A stretch of 64,000 bases of DNA from a virus (IMGVR_UViG_3300021399_000099:64001-128000); one strand, 5' to 3'. Positions 45,701-55,435 are shown, counted from the stretch's first letter. Notes: generated by a model not told the origin, from the sequence alone. Numbers and translations: made by a program.

Positions 45701-46686
45701 CTCTTGGCTCGCTCGTAGATATCTATACGGTATCTGCCACTTCGACCAGCTATATGGTAATTGACAACTATAAGATTGGCCTTAATGTTGATGTAACCAA
45801 TGGTCTTGCAAGCTATAGTGCTTTAAGAGATGTTGATAATAAACTCAGCTACCTCAGCGGAACTGTTCAGACAATAGACGGAAGGGTTACAGAAAATACC
45901 ACCAAGATAAACAATATTAGCGGCAGTGTGATTAATTTAAGCGCCGTAACCGTTGAACTTAGTGCAATGACATCAAGCATGTCGGGTAAGACCAGCGGCA
46001 TTCTAACATTGAAACTTAACGGAGTTGAACAGGGTAAATATTGTCCTTCCGCTAGTACTTCAATTAATATTGATACTGGTCAGGACGTATCAAGTCTTTC
46101 AGCTGCAGTTGTGACAAACAAGACGAACATTGAACTTTTGTCCGCATCAACGGTAAATATTAAGAATATTGTTGATAACCTTTCCGGTAACGTTGTAAAT
46201 AATATCAACAAGATATCGTCACTTTCATCGGCTACGGTTAATATCGAAAATATCGTAAATAACCTTTCCGGAAGTGTTGTTGAAAATAGGGAGTTAATCA
46301 ACAATATATCAGCAAACACGTATAACAAAAATGAAATAAACCAGTTGATTTCTGGTGCCACACAGACAAAATATACGACTGCTGGTACGTTGGCTAATTT
46401 GACGTTGAACGAATTCCTTACGATTGCGAAGATTGCCGGAGATACAACGTTGAGTATCGCAACTACAGGACTTCCTACCTTGCCGGCAAATGGTGTAGCA
46501 GAAAGGCATGTTATAATTGAAAATACCGGAAGTACCGATGCGGTTGTAACAGTTTCGTCCGACTCAAGAATTAAATTTACATTGGGAAACAAGATTGCAA
46601 TCGACCGTAACGGTGGTATTGGAGAACTTAACGCCCTTATCACTTATGACGGAAGTTCATACACAATCTACGTTATAACAATCTAA
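42793..46686 (+). CDS. long coiled-coil tail fiber-like protein
   Basis: Start reassigned to MKNRLQF; many E..RA..AE repeats; FVKDGML motif. Confidence 0.8.
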   Translation: MKNRLQFNRHFALYNSREEAITALNNRIADPSFIPLIGEPIVLRYKDEDGNIQLILAIGKKAGTTLSEREYHVVDTAELDEKIAAEVVAREELDAETIKKIFFDGIESDFAENVASLSVSANVIPVGEDYESHVIPSNPEGKPHPIHANYTVTDAIKQLDINFIDFKGKAEEKFQELDEKIDAETERATAAEDSISGQTSALSGAVIAFSAETVDELAELSGTAKSIQEELDATQVGAGLGNDGKYTPVENSNYISEASSLRDADAKLDVAVGSLSGVVGSFSANTAAEIEGLKADIAAETERATAAENSISGSVAAFSAKTVSEISRLDGKIDTETERASNIENILSSLTQGLSSSTMSEIERIDSVITRNKVKSTGNTVVVSEAAEGTNLEANIDRKTILSNNGVLKTGLKVAHVSDLEANVREAFRLVDNEGNPVDNTIIKIYKSSSLVNVELVNVSGTDYVRITYIDNEGVTKTMDLNIQQLIFEAEFKDGLTVDAAGEVKVLIDPLSEPYLSVSSNGVKLDGISNAITSAVENEKLRATSAENALRTDLNSEIANRTNADTVLNNAITAETASRISADNVLDSKITTERERAIGVENEIKNNFNSFTASTQSSLTSLNEAINTETTNRINGDTALDNKISVERERAISAETALRASIQAEASARENADNVLEEKIAHEITRATAAENSLNTKIESETTRATAAENSLNTKIESETTRATEAENSLNTKIEAEITRATGAENSLRTSITTAIDDLTLAYTQADQAIVDAYTAAIAQESESRIDTDNMLLNLINGATGDITNLETRLNNEITRATNTENLISGSVINVNNNVTNLSGQLSTFSSSTVNEINNINNRINNLDSKTISGENAIKTNVSGSDTKVSLLINGSDKVLSQDNSGLYTQLSIELSNDGKALYLKGKNGATISTIDTTSFVKDGMLDNVVFDGSSKTLKFTFNTDSGKQQIDVPLGSLVDIYTVSATSTSYMVIDNYKIGLNVDVTNGLASYSALRDVDNKLSYLSGTVQTIDGRVTENTTKINNISGSVINLSAVTVELSAMTSSMSGKTSGILTLKLNGVEQGKYCPSASTSINIDTGQDVSSLSAAVVTNKTNIELLSASTVNIKNIVDNLSGNVVNNINKISSLSSATVNIENIVNNLSGSVVENRELINNISANTYNKNEINQLISGATQTKYTTAGTLANLTLNEFLTIAKIAGDTTLSIATTGLPTLPANGVAERHVIIENTGSTDAVVTVSSDSRIKFTLGNKIAIDRNGGIGELNALITYDGSSYTIYVITI
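44839..45036 (+). repeat. 54-bp (18-aa) tandem repeat ETTRATAAENSLNTKIES, about 3.7 copies
   Basis: GCTGAAAACAGTCTCAA(C/T)ACCAAGATAGAATCAGAAACAAC repeated. Confidence 0.85.
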
Positions 46687-46697
46687 AAAAACTAAAA

Positions 46698-49600
46698 ATG
46701 AGTAGAAGAAGATTTTTCAAATCCTTTTTTTACATAAACTATGGCGGAACAGCACATGGTGAGACAGTTATCGTCTCACCATTTGTTGCTGGAGGCGCGT
46801 CTGATACAATAGAACTCGTCTCGTGGAAACCATGGGTCATAACAAATGGCTTATCGTGGCTTACCGTCAGTAGTTTAAGTAACAAAAGTGGAACATATAC
46901 AATTACGCTGACGGCATCACAAAATACAGAGCATAGCCAGCGTACCGGTTCTTTCACCGCAAAGACGCTTGACGATAAATACTCAATCGTCATATCCGTA
47001 TCGCAGGAAGCAGCTCCGAGTGAGAAGTACCTCCGTATTGAACCTACATCCGTCAATATGGCGGCTGTTGGAACATATAATGCTTTAAAGTGCTATTTCT
47101 CTTATAATGGCAGTGAAACAGAAGTTACACCTACGTGGTCTTCGAACAATACCGCTGTAACAATATCAACATATGGAGTATTGGCTAGTAACAACACCAC
47201 AACAAACCCGCTGACTGTCACTATAACAGCTACTTATGTTGATGGTGGTGACACTCTCACTGCAACATCGATTGTAAATGTTGCTGCTGCCGGTGCTTAT
47301 TTCTATATCGGTAGTAGTGTGGCAAATGCTCTTTCAACTTCTGCAACAACATATGCATATCCTACAACTGTTGCGTCTGCTGATACTGCAAGTAAAACTG
47401 TTTATTTTGCCACTAATTATAGTGCTTCAGAAGTAGAGGCATTAGCTGTTAATTATCCTTCAAGTATAAGTAATGTCAGTGTTAATACTTCAAACAGTTC
47501 TATTACTTTTAACTTTATCGCGAGACCGATAGTTACAGGCGATACTGCAACAACAAGAAACGCAACCATTACTGTCGGTACGGCAACAATTACGGCAACA
47601 CAAGCAGCACCAGCATACTTTAAATGGAATAGTCCAAGTGTAACAGTTGGTTCTGCTGCTGGTTCTGTGGGCTCAAATACCTATTCTTCAAATATTGCTT
47701 ATAGTGACATAACGCCAAGTAAAAGTTCAACAGGAACATTTATTACTACTGGTCCGACAATGAACAATACGGGTGTTACCTTCTCGGTTGCCGCTAATAC
47801 AACAACAGAAGATAAAACATGTACCATCACCGCAAGTCTTGGTTCAACAACACTTGATACATTCACAGTTACACAAAACGGTGCAGACGCTTATTTCTGG
47901 ACAGGTTCAATGAATGTTACTGCTGCGACAACATCTGTTGATTCAACCGGACAAACAGGCTGCGAAGTACAATGTTATTCAAATAGGTCTTCTTCTTACC
48001 TTAACGCTATAACAGTTTCAGGAGATTCAAGTTCTTGGATTACTAATATCTCTTGGAATCCTTCAACTCAAAAAGTTACTTTCAATGTAAGTAGCTATGG
48101 CGGGACCGATTCAAGAAGTGGTGTTATTGGTATATATAATAGTACTGGAACTATGATTGGTAGTATTAATGTCAATCAAGGTGCTGCTGCTCCATATTTT
48201 AGATTTGTACCAAATAGTTCTACTGCATATACTTATAATACAGATACAAGTGCCGCAACAGCATTTACTGTTGCAATTGATACCAACTATAATTTAAGTG
48301 ATATCAAAACGACACGAGCCGGCAGTGGTATAAATACTCATACTTATTCATCAACAACTGAAGTAGGTGTAACTACATCTAGTAACCCTTATGACTACCC
48401 AAGAACTGGTTATATATATTTCTATACAGGTGCAACTTATAATACTGGTAGAATAGGCGTGCTAACTGTTACACAAGATGCAGGACCATATGCTAGAATA
48501 ACAGGTGGTGGTAATTATTCTACAGGTGCTACTGCTGGTACTGTATATTTTGAAACTAATTTTGATAGTTTTTCACTTAGTTATCTTAGATTAGAAGTAA
48601 GTGGTGATACTTGGTTGTCACTTGATAGTTATTCAACACCGTTAGTTGATAGTACAAATTATACGTATAGACTTTCAAGTAACACTGGTACATCACAAAG
48701 AACTGGATATATTTTACTTAAAGATACTTATAGTAACCAAACAATTGATTTTGCAACAATAAATCAAGAAGGACAAGGGTTACCAACCTATTACCTTTAC
48801 TTTACTAATTATAGTTCAGTTACCGCTAGAACAGTAACTGTTAATTCGACAGATACTAGTTATAGTGAAGCAATTACTTATAATTATCCTAGTTTATCAA
48901 CAGAAAAAACAGGCAATATTTCATCAGTTTCATATAGCTATAATTCAATGACAGCAAACTTTGATGCTAATACTTCAAGAGACGAAAGAACTGTTGGTAC
49001 TGCAACTGTTACTGGAACAGGTGGTGCTGGTGCTCCTATTACACTTACGCTTGAAATTAAACAATATGGTGTTCCAGCATATCTTACTTGGGATGATGGT
49101 ACTACTTCAGCCAGTGTAAATGCAAGCAGTACTGGTGGTAGTAACACAAAAACTGTTCGTACTAACTGGACAACCGCAGAACTTAATGCTTTAACTGTAA
49201 GTAGTAGTGTTGATTGGCTAACAGGCGGTAGTATTACCACAGCTTCTGCAAGTTACTCTGTTGGCGGTAATCCTGCCGGCGGCTCTTCACGTAATGGAAC
49301 TATTACCTGGAAAAATGGTTCTACTACTGTTCTTACGCTTACAGTAAATCAAGAAGCCGGTGAAAGTTATTATTTCAATTGGAGTGGTGGAACATCTGCT
49401 GCTTCAACAACAAATATATCTTCTGCAGCAACGAGTGCTGGAAATAAGTACAGTACTAATTATCCAAGTATTACATTTGAACATAGTGGTATGACAACAG
49501 GTGTAACAACAGGCGCTAGTTCTTCTGTAACAGCCAATTTTACAACCAATCCAGCCGGCTCTTCATCAAGAAGTGGATGGATAATTGCCTTCTATGGTTC

Positions 49601-50603
49601 AACAGTTGTTGGCGTTTGGTCATTAACTCAAAATGCAGGGGCTAGTTATGAGTTTTATTGGGAAAATAGCAGTAGCACTATATCAGTTAATGTTACTTCA
49701 AGTGCTACAAATACAACTGTAATAAAATATCATTCAACATATCCAAACACAACATTTGACTATGGTGGAATGGTAACAGGTGTGACTGATAATGGTAATA
49801 ATGGTGTTGTCGCAAGATTTACAGCCAATTCAACCACATCAGAAAGAACTGGCTATGTTTATGCTAAATCTAATGGTACAACTATTGGTACTATGACAAT
49901 TACTCAAGCTGGAATGTCATATTACTTTACTTGGGAGAGAGGTGATAGTACTAGTGTTGCATATAATAGTATAGCAGCGACTAACACTTATTCTACAAAT
50001 TATTCATCAATTACATTTACAACATCGGGAATTGTGACCAGTGTATCAACAGGTTCAAGTTCTTCTGTAACAGCTAATTATAGTAATAATACCACAAAAT
50101 TCGAAAGAACTGGTTGGGTAATTGCTAAATATGGCTCAACAACAGTTGGAACTTGGACAATTACACAACAGGCACAGCCATCTAGAACCATATTCATCTA
50201 TGGCATACAGCCCTTTAATTGTAACTATAATTCTGGCCCGACAATAAGCGAAAGAACGGCGATTGCGTTAGAATTTAATGGCGGTGCTGCTGGAACCGGT
50301 CAATTAGTTTGGATATCGGATAATGTTGGTTCTCCGGGGGGGTCAAAACAATTTACACCGGCGGGAAGCACCCAATATATTACTCTTGAAGACGTCACGT
50401 TTGAATCTTTTACCATCACAGTATCTTGTGTGGCTGTATATACTGATAGAATATACGGAGGACAAGGAAGTATAAATACTAGTAGTGGTACTTATACTAT
50501 TACAGTACGTTCAGGCACCGATGACGAGAGTATTTATTTTGACGCTGACCATTTTAGAGATTTCCCAAATCCTACTGTAAATTTTACTTTACCGAATAAT
50601 TAA
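46698..50603 (+). CDS. Ser/Thr-rich multi-BACON/Ig-like repeat protein (virion adhesin)
   Basis: Repeated W(L/I)T...N....R.G.I.....(V/I).Q units of about 90-100 aa. Confidence 0.8.
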   Translation: MSRRRFFKSFFYINYGGTAHGETVIVSPFVAGGASDTIELVSWKPWVITNGLSWLTVSSLSNKSGTYTITLTASQNTEHSQRTGSFTAKTLDDKYSIVISVSQEAAPSEKYLRIEPTSVNMAAVGTYNALKCYFSYNGSETEVTPTWSSNNTAVTISTYGVLASNNTTTNPLTVTITATYVDGGDTLTATSIVNVAAAGAYFYIGSSVANALSTSATTYAYPTTVASADTASKTVYFATNYSASEVEALAVNYPSSISNVSVNTSNSSITFNFIARPIVTGDTATTRNATITVGTATITATQAAPAYFKWNSPSVTVGSAAGSVGSNTYSSNIAYSDITPSKSSTGTFITTGPTMNNTGVTFSVAANTTTEDKTCTITASLGSTTLDTFTVTQNGADAYFWTGSMNVTAATTSVDSTGQTGCEVQCYSNRSSSYLNAITVSGDSSSWITNISWNPSTQKVTFNVSSYGGTDSRSGVIGIYNSTGTMIGSINVNQGAAAPYFRFVPNSSTAYTYNTDTSAATAFTVAIDTNYNLSDIKTTRAGSGINTHTYSSTTEVGVTTSSNPYDYPRTGYIYFYTGATYNTGRIGVLTVTQDAGPYARITGGGNYSTGATAGTVYFETNFDSFSLSYLRLEVSGDTWLSLDSYSTPLVDSTNYTYRLSSNTGTSQRTGYILLKDTYSNQTIDFATINQEGQGLPTYYLYFTNYSSVTARTVTVNSTDTSYSEAITYNYPSLSTEKTGNISSVSYSYNSMTANFDANTSRDERTVGTATVTGTGGAGAPITLTLEIKQYGVPAYLTWDDGTTSASVNASSTGGSNTKTVRTNWTTAELNALTVSSSVDWLTGGSITTASASYSVGGNPAGGSSRNGTITWKNGSTTVLTLTVNQEAGESYYFNWSGGTSAASTTNISSAATSAGNKYSTNYPSITFEHSGMTTGVTTGASSSVTANFTTNPAGSSSRSGWIIAFYGSTVVGVWSLTQNAGASYEFYWENSSSTISVNVTSSATNTTVIKYHSTYPNTTFDYGGMVTGVTDNGNNGVVARFTANSTTSERTGYVYAKSNGTTIGTMTITQAGMSYYFTWERGDSTSVAYNSIAATNTYSTNYSSITFTTSGIVTSVSTGSSSSVTANYSNNTTKFERTGWVIAKYGSTTVGTWTITQQAQPSRTIFIYGIQPFNCNYNSGPTISERTAIALEFNGGAAGTGQLVWISDNVGSPGGSKQFTPAGSTQYITLEDVTFESFTITVSCVAVYTDRIYGGQGSINTSSGTYTITVRSGTDDESIYFDADHFRDFPNPTVNFTLPNN

Positions 50604-50605
50604 AT

Positions 50606-50638
50606 AAAGGAGGGACTTAAAAATCCCTCCTTTTTTTT
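50606..50638. terminator. bidirectional intrinsic terminator
   Basis: AAAGGAGGGA/TCCCTCCTTT stem with T-run. Confidence 0.8.
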
Positions 50639-51393
50639 TATTTAATGCACTCATATATCGTAAGCAACGTGTCGTCCGGCAGTGGTTCGATGAAAATCGG
50701 GTAGAAGTTCCTTACCCAAACAAACTGGTCCATTTCATCTTCCAGCTCAGCCCAACCGTTTTTACTTACAAAAGCATAACCCCAGAAAGCTGTATTGCCA
50801 AGCACATAATTTTCCTTCGTTCCGAACTTCTCGAAGTAAGCTGTGCGTGCCTTCATGTTATCGTAAATCTGTTTCTCATAGTCATTCTGCGGTTCTGAGC
50901 CTTCCATGACCATTTCCCAGGCCCGTTCATAAATCTCTCCACCGTGTAAGTGCATCAGCTCCCAATTTATGTCTCCCTTTCTTGCTTGGAATGTTTCGGT
51001 CCCATCTTTGAGTATAAAGGGGACCGAGAATAGTTTCCCAAGCCGGTAGGAAGACCAAGCACCATCAGGATTTTCTTTCGTTAATGCATCTCCTGTCTCC
51101 GGGTCGTGGTCATAATCCATCGTAAGGTCAAGGTAAAAATCTTCGGCCGTCTGATTCTCAATGACCGCGAGCTTGTCCTTGGCATCCTCCTTGAATGGTC
51201 CATCAGGTATTTTGTTGCTGGAAACGATTGACCTATAAACATTTATGTACTGGTCTCTTAGTTTCCCCGCATCCTCATACTTATAAACCACCCTGGGCTC
51301 AGTTTCTATGTTCTTGTCATATGGCGACATAATGACTTCCGGGTTATCCCCAGCCACAATCGCCACGAAGTGATTATATTGGTCTATGGCCAT
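50638..51393 (-). CDS. conserved phage hypothetical protein
   Basis: 251-aa ORF. Confidence 0.75.
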   Translation of the reverse strand: MAIDQYNHFVAIVAGDNPEVIMSPYDKNIETEPRVVYKYEDAGKLRDQYINVYRSIVSSNKIPDGPFKEDAKDKLAVIENQTAEDFYLDLTMDYDHDPETGDALTKENPDGAWSSYRLGKLFSVPFILKDGTETFQARKGDINWELMHLHGGEIYERAWEMVMEGSEPQNDYEKQIYDNMKARTAYFEKFGTKENYVLGNTAFWGYAFVSKNGWAELEDEMDQFVWVRNFYPIFIEPLPDDTLLTIYECIK

Positions 51394-51613
51394 TGTTATA
51401 TTCGTAAAAATCCATTATTCTTTGGAACGCCAGCTGGTTTGCCTTTTTCTGACCAAGAGCTTTCCTATTCACCTCCGAGATTATGAGGTACATTTCCTTG
51501 TAGGTCATCTTCTTTATGGGTCTGAATGTAATGAGGCAGAACAAGAAATACATAAAGTTGTTTTTCGGCAACTTTTTAAGGCGTTCGTTTGTCCATTCTA
51601 AATTGGCTTCCAT
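51374..51613 (-). CDS. hypothetical protein
   Basis: ORF tiles the operon. Confidence 0.55.
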   Translation of the reverse strand: MEANLEWTNERLKKLPKNNFMYFLFCLITFRPIKKMTYKEMYLIISEVNRKALGQKKANQLAFQRIMDFYEYNNGHRPI

Positions 51614-51614
51614 A

Positions 51615-51818
51615 CTACAATACTATAACACCGGCCCAAGCGATAGACATTACAAGTCCAATGATGAGCCTGAACTTTGCCTTGCTGTTATCTTCTATCT
51701 GGTCATCGTTTGACGGAAACCTGAAAGCATTAAAAGATATGCTGGTCAAAATACTGCTAACATATAAAGTCGTCGCATAAATCGCAATGACCGCACATAT
51801 GAACTTTAAAAAGAGCAT
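51615..51818 (-). CDS. 2-TM small membrane protein
   Basis: Hydrophobic segments. Confidence 0.6.
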   Translation of the reverse strand: MLFLKFICAVIAIYATTLYVSSILTSISFNAFRFPSNDDQIEDNSKAKFRLIIGLVMSIAWAGVIVL

Positions 51819-52150
51819 TACTTGTTCCTCTCAAAAAAACTAACGAGGTCCGCCTTCGGCTGATTTCCTTGCACCCTATCAACTTCCTCACCGTTCTTGT
51901 AGGCAAAAAGGACCGGAATACCCCTTATTTTTAATTCATCGAGCTTGTCTTCAAACCACTCGTCATCAACATTTACTTCCGCAATGAGAACGCCTTTAAC
52001 TTCTTCCTGGGAAAGGCTCTGGATTGTGTTGCTTAAAATCCTGCAAGGGCCGCACCAATCAGCAAAGCACTTGATTACGTTCAAAGTGCCAGGTGAGTTA
52101 ATGAAATCGTTATATTCTTCAATACTATTCAGTTTCTTAATGTCTGCCAT
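51818..52150 (-). CDS. trxA: thioredoxin
   Basis: FADWCGPC, IRGIP motifs. Confidence 0.92.
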   Translation of the reverse strand: MADIKKLNSIEEYNDFINSPGTLNVIKCFADWCGPCRILSNTIQSLSQEEVKGVLIAEVNVDDEWFEDKLDELKIRGIPVLFAYKNGEEVDRVQGNQPKADLVSFFERNK

Positions 52151-52327
52151 TATTTATCCTCTTATAATTTTATTGTTAATCGTCCCAATAATCTGCAAGC
52201 TCACGAAGAACCTCTGCAACGCTACTATCTCCTACATAGTACCCGTTCTTTACGAGACATTCTTTAAGCTGTTGGGAAAGAGCGTTTTTCTCAAGTTCAG
52301 TCATAATATCTAATTTTTATTCGATAA

Positions 52328-52363
52328 TGGGCCAATATCGAGTTTTTATTAGATATTGGCCCA
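52328..52363. terminator. stem-loop downstream of ssb
   Basis: TGGGCCAATATC/GATATTGGCCCA 12-bp inverted repeat. Confidence 0.65.
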
Positions 52364-52371
52364 CATTTATT

Positions 52372-52878
52372 TTAGAAAGGAAGGTCGTCACCGGTATCCC
52401 AACTTGCCGGGGCTGCTGAAACACTTACCTGCTGCTGGGGCTGGGTTGCAGGGGCTGTATTCTCGCGAACCTCCTGGACCTGGGGAGTCTGTGGCTTTGC
52501 AACCTCTTCAGACTTTGTTCCGCCAGTAAAGGTAGAAACCTGTACCTCATTGTTCTCCTCCTTCTTTGTTCCAAGAGAAGGGAGCTCGATGTTGTTTGCG
52601 GTTACGTAGTTGTTGAGGTAGATTTTACCGTTCTTGTTCGTTACCTCACTGTTAAGTGTGCCTTGTACAATGATGTAGCGGCCCTTGGTGAGGAACTTTG
52701 ATTGGTTCTCTACTACAAACTGGTCAAAAGAAGTGATATCAAACCACTCGGTCTTATTTGCTCCGTTTATAAAAGTGTCGTTTGCAAGACTGAAGCGAAT
52801 GTAGTTCTTACCCTTTGCTGTCTGAAAGGTCTTTGCACCATCCTTACCGATGCGTCCGTCCAATGTAATGGTTTTCAT
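52372..52878 (-). CDS. ssb: single-stranded DNA-binding protein
   Basis: GRIGKD, FSLA, TEWF, LTKG..I.V.G.L; acidic tail DDLPF. Confidence 0.9.
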   Translation of the reverse strand: MKTITLDGRIGKDGAKTFQTAKGKNYIRFSLANDTFINGANKTEWFDITSFDQFVVENQSKFLTKGRYIIVQGTLNSEVTNKNGKIYLNNYVTANNIELPSLGTKKEENNEVQVSTFTGGTKSEEVAKPQTPQVQEVRENTAPATQPQQQVSVSAAPASWDTGDDLPF

Positions 52879-52933
52879 AATTCTAAAAAAATTAAGTTTT
52901 AATAATTCTTATACATAATAATTTCTTCTATTT

Positions 52934-52966
52934 CTAATATACACACTTTTTTATTCCAAAACAAAA
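52934..52966 (-). promoter_or_regulatory. class-2 promoter (TTTG-N20-TATATTAG) for ssb
   Basis: Recurrent motif, back-to-back with TATTTATA at 52967-52974 (+). Confidence 0.5.
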
Positions 52967-52986
52967 TATTTATAGAAAAAGTAAGT

Positions 52987-53430
52987 ATGAAAAAAACATT
53001 TTTAGAATGGGTAGCCTACTGTCTGTTGTTTATCTGGCAGCTCCCACAGAATATTGTTGGACTTTTCACTATGTTATATTTTTTGATAGTAGGAAAAGTG
53101 AGAAAAATAGATGAAACAAAATGGTCTGCGGCCTATGAATCAACAAAGATGCTTGGCGGTATTTCTCTTGGCTGTTTCTGTTTTGTAAGCGATTTAAGTT
53201 CCAAGAGAAAAGAGTATGTAGCCCACGAATTAAAAGGGCATACCGTTGATAGCCGTATTATGGGTCCGTTTTATCTCCTCATTATTGGTCTGCCTTCATT
53301 ATTAAATGCGATGTTCGGTTTCACCAAGTGCTATTACGACTTCTATACCGAGGTAAGAAGTAACCGGCATGCAGGGCTCGGGGTTGATGAAAATTGCAGA
53401 CTTTATTTTTTAAATGACAAGGAAAAATAA
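52987..53430 (+). CDS. membrane protein with HE..GH metal-binding-like motif
   Basis: IWQLPQNIVG, GISLG, AHELKGH, GPFYLLIIGLPS, FYTE; late motif upstream. Confidence 0.7.
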   Translation: MKKTFLEWVAYCLLFIWQLPQNIVGLFTMLYFLIVGKVRKIDETKWSAAYESTKMLGGISLGCFCFVSDLSSKRKEYVAHELKGHTVDSRIMGPFYLLIIGLPSLLNAMFGFTKCYYDFYTEVRSNRHAGLGVDENCRLYFLNDKEK

Positions 53431-53435
53431 TAAAC

Positions 53436-53467
53436 AAAAAGCCACTGTTAAAGTGGCTTTTTTTTTT
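53436..53467. terminator. bidirectional intrinsic terminator
   Basis: AAAAAGCCACT/AGTGGCTTTTT. Confidence 0.8.
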
Positions 53468-53708
53468 AAATCATCGACTTGCCTACTTTTGGATTAGCCG
53501 GCACGACATAGTTCCAGCCATTTGCAGCCTCCCGCTTTAAAAGCTCACGGAAATCGTACTGATAATCCGGACTAAGCAAAATGCTGTCCAGATAAAACAC
53601 GCCATTGGTTAGATAGAGCTCACGCCCCTTTTGAATCATTTTCTCTCCCTTAGGGTCAAGTGGAATATCCTTCGCTATAAGGTATCTTCCGTCTTTTACT
53701 TCTGCCAT
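53466..53708 (-). CDS. hypothetical protein
   Basis: ORF. Confidence 0.6.
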   Translation of the reverse strand: MAEVKDGRYLIAKDIPLDPKGEKMIQKGRELYLTNGVFYLDSILLSPDYQYDFRELLKREAANGWNYVVPANPKVGKSMI

Positions 53709-53913
53709 AATATATTGATTGTTAATTAGTTATTCTTCAACTTCTATCGGTTTTCTCAACTCTTTTTCGCGTTTCTCGTTGCGGCTTAGTTTATCGTCTA
53801 TCTTGCCGCACTTCCTGTCAAAATACTGATTTACAACGGCTGGAACATCGTCGCCATAAACGCCTCGTCTGGTTTTACCCTTTTCTTTGTGTAATTTACT
53901 GTCTGACATATAT

Positions 53914-54786
53914 TTAACTGTTTATCTTCAATGCAAATCTTAATCTTCCAACCTCGTCCTTCATCTTTATCTTTTCATATGAGCCATCCGGAAGCAGCCA
54001 TATAATCCGTCTGCCGATTACTTTAAGACCCAATTTTTCAATAGGGATAGAGTAAAGAGAGAGCTGGAGCTGATAATGTGAAAGCGATTCTTCCACCAAA
54101 TCATCAAACGGGGCTTTCATCATCTTTCCGGTATCCCTGCAATAATCGTTCGACAAGTCTTTATTCGTTTTATAATCAAATACGACCAGTCCATTTTTCG
54201 GGTCATTCTTCCCCTTATAGTAATAAAACAATATATCAAATGTTCCGGCATATGGGGTTCCCTCCTGGTTGAATACCTTTGTCTCGGCAAGTACCGGAAC
54301 GAAACTCTCCGGGATATCCTTCCAAAACTGTATAACTGCCTCTTCGTGCTTATTCTTTGCTACTGGTTCGTCTCCGGCAAATTGTTCCTTATATTCGGGC
54401 AAAATCTTATCGTCCTCCCCAATCATCCAATAGAACATACTCTCACCAAACCCATGAACCAATGTACCGAAATCACACGCCTCTTTCGCATTTTTATCCC
54501 AGAGTTCCCGGATTTCGTCCTTTGACATTCCGTAATATTTGTAATCCTTCTTCCACTGGGCTTTCTTGGCACACCCTTCAAGCATCGCCTCGCGGTCATT
54601 GTTTTCCCACCTCTTTATTATATCGCTCACGCAGGTATATTCAACTCCGTCAAGGAAATACTGGTGGGTCTCTTCAATGAACTGAAGTCTGTTTGAGTAC
54701 GCCTCGACTATCTGTTTCCTTATCTTCTTTATCTCCGGCAGGTCATAGTAATCAGCCCATTTCCTCCTCGTCTTTTTTATCATCAC
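53914..54786 (-). CDS. PD-(D/E)XK exonuclease (phage Cas4-like)
   Basis: F.EETHQY, GTLVH..E, E...YAGTFDIL, DYKTN, YQLQLSLY motifs. Confidence 0.85.
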   Translation of the reverse strand: MMIKKTRRKWADYYDLPEIKKIRKQIVEAYSNRLQFIEETHQYFLDGVEYTCVSDIIKRWENNDREAMLEGCAKKAQWKKDYKYYGMSKDEIRELWDKNAKEACDFGTLVHGFGESMFYWMIGEDDKILPEYKEQFAGDEPVAKNKHEEAVIQFWKDIPESFVPVLAETKVFNQEGTPYAGTFDILFYYYKGKNDPKNGLVVFDYKTNKDLSNDYCRDTGKMMKAPFDDLVEESLSHYQLQLSLYSIPIEKLGLKVIGRRIIWLLPDGSYEKIKMKDEVGRLRFALKINS

Positions 54787-55072
54787 CTTCTTTCTTATCT
54801 GTTATGAATGACCACAATGATTTCGCTATCATCCCCTCAACATTAGTCTTGTCTATCTCAGCCACGAAGAGAGTATCACAATCATAGTTCTCGAAATGTA
54901 AATGCGGTATTAGAAGTTGGGATATTTCCTTCGCTGTCTTATCACTATTTACTATCCAGGCAGACTCTATAATATGTTTGTTCTCCGGGAAATTGACCTT
55001 AATTGCTTCATAAAACGGAGAATAGTCTCTTGAATTATTGCGAAAATGGTATGTTATAATATATTTCTTCAT
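54752..55072 (-). CDS. small ferredoxin-fold-like protein (Cas2-like DUF type)
   Basis: YIITY....DY..FYEAIK...ESAWIV...D.LFVAEI pattern. Confidence 0.5.
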   Translation of the reverse strand: MKKYIITYHFRNNSRDYSPFYEAIKVNFPENKHIIESAWIVNSDKTAKEISQLLIPHLHFENYDCDTLFVAEIDKTNVEGMIAKSLWSFITDKKEGDDKKDEEEMG

Positions 55073-55213
55073 TTCTTCTTTCTGTTCGCTTTATATTCCC
55101 CGGCATTAAACAGCCATTCGTCAAGCTCATCGGTGACATACAAGGGGTTTTTCCTCCTTTTCTTTATTATGTCCCGGTTCATTTCACGTATTTGCAAGTG
55201 AAGTTTCCAGGTC

Positions 55214-55429
55214 TTACTTGTCATTCCCTTTGGCTTTTTCATTGTTTTTGTACGCGATTATCTCATCAACCAATTTAGCTGCCTGGACATATATCTTCGA
55301 CTGCTCAAACGGATTACTGCCAACAGAAAACCTGAAGCTCTTGTCATTTATAACGAGTACCGGGTCTCCATCTGGTAATCTGTATCCATCTAAAACCGTA
55401 TCTCCGTCGCCTGAAATTATCTTAATCAT
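55214..55429 (-). CDS. hypothetical protein
   Basis: ORF. Confidence 0.55.
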   Translation of the reverse strand: MIKIISGDGDTVLDGYRLPDGDPVLVINDKSFRFSVGSNPFEQSKIYVQAAKLVDEIIAYKNNEKAKGNDK

Positions 55430-55435
55430 ACCTAT

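Noticed and set aside
46698-46760. MSRRRFF as a Tat signal peptide
   Set aside because: No hydrophobic h-region follows, and the gene sits in a virion cluster
53914-55072. Cas4-like plus Cas2-like pair as a CRISPR adaptation module
   Set aside because: No cas1 and no repeat-spacer array; such nucleases are common stand-alone phage genes; the Cas2-like call is weak
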